A DNA stretch of 64,000 nucleotides from a virus. The DNA is taken from positions 1 to 64,000 of the IMG/VR virus record IMGVR_UViG_3300046804_005798. One strand, 5' to 3'. Below are positions 58,644 to 64,000 of this stretch, piece after piece. How positions within the stretch are numbered: position 1 is the first letter of the stretch; each line of letters begins with the position of its first letter. Both the position numbers and the translations under genes were made by a program. The notes under the pieces are model-generated. The model saw only the letters and a list, made by a program, of their open reading frames with translations, ran no database searches and was not told where the DNA came from.

Positions 58644-59186
58644 ATGTCAAAGTATGATTTTCTTCATCAACTTGAAGAGGATGAAGAGTGTAAAGAATTA
58701 AGAGATTACCCTGGATATTTTATTACTACGAAAGGAAGAGTTTGGAGCAGTATAAAAGGAAAGGGTAGATGGATGAGTTCATATAAACAAGGGCAATATT
58801 ATTGGGGGGTTATGATTGGTGGAAGAAATGGTGGCAATAAACTTATACATCAATTGGTTGGAAGAAATTTTTTAAATGAATACAGAATTGGACTGAAAAT
58901 CCTTCATAAAAATGAAAATCTAGATCATCCTAATATAAATTTTTTAGATAACCTTTATGTAGGAACTCAAAAAGATAATATTATAGATAAAAATACAAAA
59001 AATAGAGGAAGGCACGGCGGAAAACAACATTTGAGTATAAAGCAGGTTGAAGAAATTAAAACTATGTGGTACAATAGTAGTGGAGAAACCGTTAATAAAT
59101 TTTCTACAAGAATATGTGAGTTATATGGAGTTAGTAGAACTACAATTTCTTATATCATAAAAGAAAAAACTTGGTATTATGTTTAG
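58644..59186 (+). CDS. NUMOD4/HNH-type homing endonuclease
   Basis: YPGYFITTKGRVWS, IHQLVG, ILHKNE..NFLDNLYVGTQKDN, C-terminal HTH. Confidence 0.8.
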   Translation: MSKYDFLHQLEEDEECKELRDYPGYFITTKGRVWSSIKGKGRWMSSYKQGQYYWGVMIGGRNGGNKLIHQLVGRNFLNEYRIGLKILHKNENLDHPNINFLDNLYVGTQKDNIIDKNTKNRGRHGGKQHLSIKQVEEIKTMWYNSSGETVNKFSTRICELYGVSRTTISYIIKEKTWYYV

Positions 59187-59201
59187 AAAGGAGGTAGATC
59201 A

Positions 59202-59375
59202 ATTAAAATAAATCTCTGGTACTGTAAAGATATGAGTCAATGGAGATGGACTCTTACTGATGACTCGCGACCTATCCTTAAACAGGAATCTGGACAAAGA
59301 CCATTTCTTAGGGATGCAATGAATGACGTTGCAAATACAGTAGAATATATGTTAGAATGCAAACAAAGTGAGTAA
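59202..59375 (+). CDS. Hypothetical protein with putative ATT start (57 aa)
   Basis: AAAGGAGGT SD 6 nt before ATT; (I/M)KINLWYCKDMSQWRWTL...AMNDVANTVEY. Confidence 0.6.
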   Translation: MKINLWYCKDMSQWRWTLTDDSRPILKQESGQRPFLRDAMNDVANTVEYMLECKQSE

Positions 59376-59385
59376 AAATACTTAG

Positions 59386-60027
59386 ATGAAGAGTGAGTAT
59401 TTTATAGATAAGGTAGGTAAGGAAGAAATCAAAGATCTTCTTTATACCTACCATTATCTTAAAGACGAATCGAAGGATTTCAAAAGTGGATATAATTACT
59501 CACTTTACCGCAAGTCATTCACAGACATACTTAATATTGGCGGGTCTATTGGTGCTTGCATTTTCAGTACTCTCCCAGTTCCAGAAATTGCAGTAGGAGC
59601 ATTTGGACTAGAAAGAAATCAACAAGAAGGCATATACGAATTATCAAGACTTTGTATACATCCTGATATTCAAAAAGAAGAATATAATATCACATCTTGG
59701 TTCGTCAGTCGTTGTATAAGGAGATTTAGAAAAGATGCCCGCGTTCGTGCTATTCTTAGTTACGCTGACAATAATCACCACACTGGAATTATATACAGAG
59801 CTTGTAATTTTCAATACTATGGTTTGACTGATAAGAAATCTGACTTTTGGATTAAACAATTAGATGGTTCATTTATCAAACACTCAAGAGGTGCTATCAA
59901 AGGATTAGATGGAGAGTGGAGAGAGAGGAGTAGAAAACATCGGTATTTAATGATATTTGATAGGGAACTAAAAAAACGCTTGACATGGAAAGAAGAATTG
60001 TGGTATAATACAAAAGGCGATACTTAA
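59386..60027 (+). CDS. Mom-like (GNAT-fold) DNA modification protein
   Basis: YHYL, YELSRLC, SWFVSRC, ILSYAD..HTGIIYRACNF.Y.G. Confidence 0.75.
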   Translation: MKSEYFIDKVGKEEIKDLLYTYHYLKDESKDFKSGYNYSLYRKSFTDILNIGGSIGACIFSTLPVPEIAVGAFGLERNQQEGIYELSRLCIHPDIQKEEYNITSWFVSRCIRRFRKDARVRAILSYADNNHHTGIIYRACNFQYYGLTDKKSDFWIKQLDGSFIKHSRGAIKGLDGEWRERSRKHRYLMIFDRELKKRLTWKEELWYNTKGDT

Positions 60028-60051
60028 CCAAACTCCTTCCGTGTGCTTCAG

Positions 60052-60075
60052 AACCTCCCTCGTGGAGGTTTTGTT
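60052..60075 (+). terminator. Rho-independent terminator
   Basis: AACCTCC-CTCGT-GGAGGTT-TTGTT. Confidence 0.75.
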
Positions 60076-60118
60076 GTATGATAAATAATCCATAACGGAA
60101 ACTATAAGTGTTAATAAA

Positions 60119-63100
60119 ATGGGTCTTTCACGCCTTAATAATTTTCTGAAGTCTGCGAGAGGAACAGTTCTCTACGTTAATCCTAATGACTTAGATGCCA
60201 CTGATAGTATTGAAAATCAAGGTAACTCTTTGACTCGCCCATTTAAAACTATTCAGAGAGCATTAATTGAGTCTGCAAGATTTTCGTACCAGAAAGGTTT
60301 AAGTAATGATAGATTTAATAAAACTACAATTATTCTTTACCCTGGAGACCATATTGTAGATAATCGTCCTGGATTCATCCCTGATGGTGAAGGTATTTTT
60401 CTTCGTAGAGACGGAACAGTAACAAATGATTTCCCACCATATGATTTAAGTACAAATTTTGATTTAACAAATTCAGCAAACCAACTTTATAAACTTAACA
60501 GTATTCATGGTGGCGTTATTATCCCTCGCGGAACTTCGATTGTTGGGTTGGACTTAAGAAAGACTAAAATAAGACCAAAATATGTTCCAAATCCATTAAA
60601 TGATAATATTGAAAAATCAACTATTTTTAGAGTTACTGGTGGATGTTATTTCTGGCAGTTTTCTTTGTTTGATGCTGATCCAAATGGACAGTGTTATATT
60701 GATTATACTACCAATCTTTTTGTTCCGAACTTTTCTCACCACAAATTAACTTGTTTTGAATATGCTGATGGTGTAAATGAAGTAAGTATAGATGATGAAT
60801 ACATTACCAATAGAAATTTTGGTAGAACTGATCTTGAAATGTATTATGAAAAGGTTGGTCTTGTTTATGGACAATCATCTGGTCGTCCTATTGAACCAGA
60901 TTATCCAAGTTCAGGTCTTGATATTGAACCAAAAATCGACGAATATCGTATTGTTGGATCAACTGGATTTACTGTAGGTATAGCAAGTATAATATCAGGA
61001 GATGGAATAACTCCTGGTACAACAGTCACTGTAACTACAGAAGATGCTGTTCCTGGATTAGATGTAGATACCCCATTTAGAATTGAAGGTGTAACTGCAG
61101 ATGGTTATGATGGACAATTTGTAGTTACTGAAAAAATATCAGATACTATAATTAAATATCAAGTTCAAAACGAACCAACTCTTGCATTATCTACTTCTGA
61201 AGGAGCAACTCTTACATTACAATCAGATACCGTAAGTTCAGCATCTCCCTATATTTTTAACATCTCTCTTCGTTCCGTATATGGAATGTGTGGAATTCTT
61301 GCTGATGGGGATAAAGCAACTGGATTTAAATCTATGGTTGTTGCACAATTCACTGGAATTGGACTTCAAAAAGATGATAGGGCATTTGTCATTTTCGATG
61401 AAGAAACCGGATTATATCAAGATAGCTCAGTTCCAGGCAATGAGACTTTAAGTAATAATTCTAGATCTATTCATAATCCAGAGTGGAGAAATTTCCACAT
61501 TAAAGCTACTAATGATGCATTTATTCAAAATGTTTCAATTTTTGCAATTGGTTATGCGGAACATTTTGTCACTGAAAGTGGTGGCGACATGTCAATCACT
61601 AACTCAAACTCTAACTTTGGATCTAAAGCATTAGTTGCTAGTGGATTTAAGAGAAATGCTTTTCCTCAAGATGATCTTGGGTATATCACACATATTATAC
61701 CCCCAAAAGAGGTTTCCTTAGATGAATTTACTTATGAATTCAATGCTATTGATGTCGCAAAAACAATTTCTTTTGGGTCAACTGGAAACTTATATCTTTA
61801 TGGTCAAACAAACTCAGATGTTTACCCTGATAATGTGATTGAGGGGTATCGTATAGGTGCAAGACAAAATGATAGACTAAATGTACTTGTTTCTTCATCG
61901 GGAACAGTAACGGAATATTCTTCTAGAATTGTAATGCCACAGTCTCAGACAAGTTCTGAGAAATCATTTAATGTTACTAATAATTCCAATAATGTATTGA
62001 CCATTGGAGCGCATACTCTGACAAATGGGGAAAAAATTAGATTTTTAAGTGATATTGGAAAAATACCAGATGGACTTTTAAATAATCAAGTTTATTATGC
62101 AATCACACAGGTAAATGATGTTGGAATAGGAACGACTCAGATTAAAGTTGCAAAGACTCTAAGTGAGTCTCTTACACATACAAACACATCTCCAAAAAAT
62201 ATAACTTTCAATACTAAAGGAGGTTCTTTAAAAGTTGTAAGTAGGGTTTCTGATAAAATATCAGGTGATATTGGACATCCAATTCAATTTGATACTACGA
62301 GAAATCAGTGGTATATTAGAGTAGCATCGGCAAGCACTGAAAATGGAATTTATAATGTAATTGTAGGATTAGGAACAACTGCTCTTGGGGAAGCAACATC
62401 AAGAACGTATATCAAACGTAAAAAAGACAATAGATCTTTATCCGAAAGAATATATCGTGTCAGATATGTTATACCAAAAGATGTAGGTGCATCCAACGTA
62501 AGACCACCAAGTGATGGATATATTTTACAAGAATCAAACACTTCTATAGGATCTACTGATGGAGAAGTGCAAACTTATTTTGGTAGTGGATCAATTAGCA
62601 ATGCAAATGACCAAAGAAACTTCAGATTCATTGCCAATGCAAATTGGCAAAGTAATATTGCAAATGTTTCCACAGAACTTCCACACAACTTAACTATCGG
62701 TTCTCAAGTTGAAATAATAAATGTAGAGTCTAGTTTAAATCCTACTGGAGTAGGTAATTCTGGATTTAATGGCACATTTTCTGTCACAGGAATTAGTAGT
62801 GCAAAACATTTTTCTTTCAGTTTATTAGATAATCCAGGATCTTTTGCAAATAATACTAATTCTAGGGATACAACCCTCCCGTATTTTAAGAAAAAAGAGC
62901 ATAATAATACATACTATATTTTTAGAAATGAGCAAGTTCAAAAGTTTACACCACAAGTTGAAGATGGTATTTATTATTTGACAATTTTAAATTCATCTGT
63001 TATTCCGTCAGTTAATTATTTTACAGATGAAAAGTTTTCGCAAAATGTCAAAAACTTATATCCACAACTCGATAAGGATAATCCAGTATCAGATCCAATA

Positions 63101-64000
63101 GAGGCAAAATCTTTTGCACAATCTTCATTAATTGGAGAAACTTTAGTTGATGAACCAAAAAATAGTATTACAAAAGAAACTATTTCTAAGAATTTAATAG
63201 ATGTGGGCGTTGGAATTGGTGTTACTAACATTGTTTCAACAAGTTCAACTATTCACACTATTCATACCTCAATTGATCATGGATTAAATCGTATCACCAA
63301 AGTTTCAATTGCAAGTAGTGGACTTGGATATGGATTTGCATCTGCAGGAGATCTCTATAATGCACAATTGGTAGGTATTGGAACATCTATTACAGGAAAA
63401 TATGCAACGGCAAAGGTAACAGTCAATGCGGCTGGTAATATTACCAACGTAGTTATTATGGATGGTGGTAGTGCTTATGGGATAGGAAATTCTTTATCTG
63501 TTGTTGGACTCTCAACTTTTGCTGGATTTACTACTGCAATTGTAAATGTAACCAAAATTTATAATAATGTTGGAGACTCTATAAGAATTAATGGTGTAAG
63601 TTCAGAATCTTATTCATCTTTCAACAATCTTTATAGAATAACTGGAGTTGGTGTAGGATCTGCAAATAGTTTTACTGTAGAGTCTTCTGTTGGAGTTTCT
63701 ACATGGGTTTCTAGCACTGGCATTGGATCAGTTGTAACTTCAAATTCAACAGCATATTTAACTGGAGAGACTTTAAGAATTAGTTCTCTTGTATATGATA
63801 GAGTTAGTGGAATCGCTACAGTTATAACCCAAAACAGACATGGACTTAAGATTGATTCAAAAATTAGAATCGGTGGAGCAAATCAATCACTTTACAATGG
63901 AGACTTTGTAGTTACAGAAAATGTTGGACTTACTTCATTTAGAGTTAAGATTGGAATAGGAACAACTGCACCAACAGCTACTGGAACACTATATGGTTAT
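60119..64000 (+). CDS. Very large virion/tail structural protein (partial, runs off window)
   Basis: MGLSRLNNFLKSARGTVLYVNP..RPFKTIQRALIESARFSY; late promoter ATAAATA upstream; omitted from ORF track, consistent with no stop in window. Confidence 0.85.
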   Translation, partial: MGLSRLNNFLKSARGTVLYVNPNDLDATDSIENQGNSLTRPFKTIQRALIESARFSYQKGLSNDRFNKTTIILYPGDHIVDNRPGFIPDGEGIFLRRDGTVTNDFPPYDLSTNFDLTNSANQLYKLNSIHGGVIIPRGTSIVGLDLRKTKIRPKYVPNPLNDNIEKSTIFRVTGGCYFWQFSLFDADPNGQCYIDYTTNLFVPNFSHHKLTCFEYADGVNEVSIDDEYITNRNFGRTDLEMYYEKVGLVYGQSSGRPIEPDYPSSGLDIEPKIDEYRIVGSTGFTVGIASIISGDGITPGTTVTVTTEDAVPGLDVDTPFRIEGVTADGYDGQFVVTEKISDTIIKYQVQNEPTLALSTSEGATLTLQSDTVSSASPYIFNISLRSVYGMCGILADGDKATGFKSMVVAQFTGIGLQKDDRAFVIFDEETGLYQDSSVPGNETLSNNSRSIHNPEWRNFHIKATNDAFIQNVSIFAIGYAEHFVTESGGDMSITNSNSNFGSKALVASGFKRNAFPQDDLGYITHIIPPKEVSLDEFTYEFNAIDVAKTISFGSTGNLYLYGQTNSDVYPDNVIEGYRIGARQNDRLNVLVSSSGTVTEYSSRIVMPQSQTSSEKSFNVTNNSNNVLTIGAHTLTNGEKIRFLSDIGKIPDGLLNNQVYYAITQVNDVGIGTTQIKVAKTLSESLTHTNTSPKNITFNTKGGSLKVVSRVSDKISGDIGHPIQFDTTRNQWYIRVASASTENGIYNVIVGLGTTALGEATSRTYIKRKKDNRSLSERIYRVRYVIPKDVGASNVRPPSDGYILQESNTSIGSTDGEVQTYFGSGSISNANDQRNFRFIANANWQSNIANVSTELPHNLTIGSQVEIINVESSLNPTGVGNSGFNGTFSVTGISSAKHFSFSLLDNPGSFANNTNSRDTTLPYFKKKEHNNTYYIFRNEQVQKFTPQVEDGIYYLTILNSSVIPSVNYFTDEKFSQNVKNLYPQLDKDNPVSDPIEAKSFAQSSLIGETLVDEPKNSITKETISKNLIDVGVGIGVTNIVSTSSTIHTIHTSIDHGLNRITKVSIASSGLGYGFASAGDLYNAQLVGIGTSITGKYATAKVTVNAAGNITNVVIMDGGSAYGIGNSLSVVGLSTFAGFTTAIVNVTKIYNNVGDSIRINGVSSESYSSFNNLYRITGVGVGSANSFTVESSVGVSTWVSSTGIGSVVTSNSTAYLTGETLRISSLVYDRVSGIATVITQNRHGLKIDSKIRIGGANQSLYNGDFVVTENVGLTSFRVKIGIGTTAPTATGTLYGY

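Overview
AT-rich 64-kb segment of a T4-like cyanomyovirus genome (Kyanoviridae-type; inferred from gene content). In order it holds: the 3' end of a probable pstS; host-like auxiliary genes (two hli, petF, peroxiredoxin); a lysis-like cassette; two long tail-fibre genes; two 2OG-Fe(II) oxygenase-like genes; psbA split by two group I introns and followed by an EndoVII (F-CphI-like) endonuclease; glutaredoxin, speD, a tandem glutamine-riboswitch locus, thyX and phoH; the T4 core genes gp33/59/32/53/48/2/4/26/51/5; cp12; an intron-containing tRNA-Leu(UAA); tRNA-Thr(UGU); a Mom-like gene; and a large virion gene running off the end. About nine homing-type endonuclease genes are present. The most striking unexplained structures are four. 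(1) A ~95-nt cassette precedes three unrelated endonuclease genes: late promoter, hairpin whose loop is antisense to the endonuclease leader, terminator, second late promoter. (2) A whole 67-codon ORF is nested in the P2 loop of a glutamine-riboswitch aptamer. (3) A T-TTT-TTC slippery site would fuse gp26 to gp51 by a -1 frameshift. (4) One endonuclease insertion appears to give the gene it decapitated a new Shine-Dalgarno sequence and an ATT start. All family assignments are by motif recognition by eye; no searches were run.
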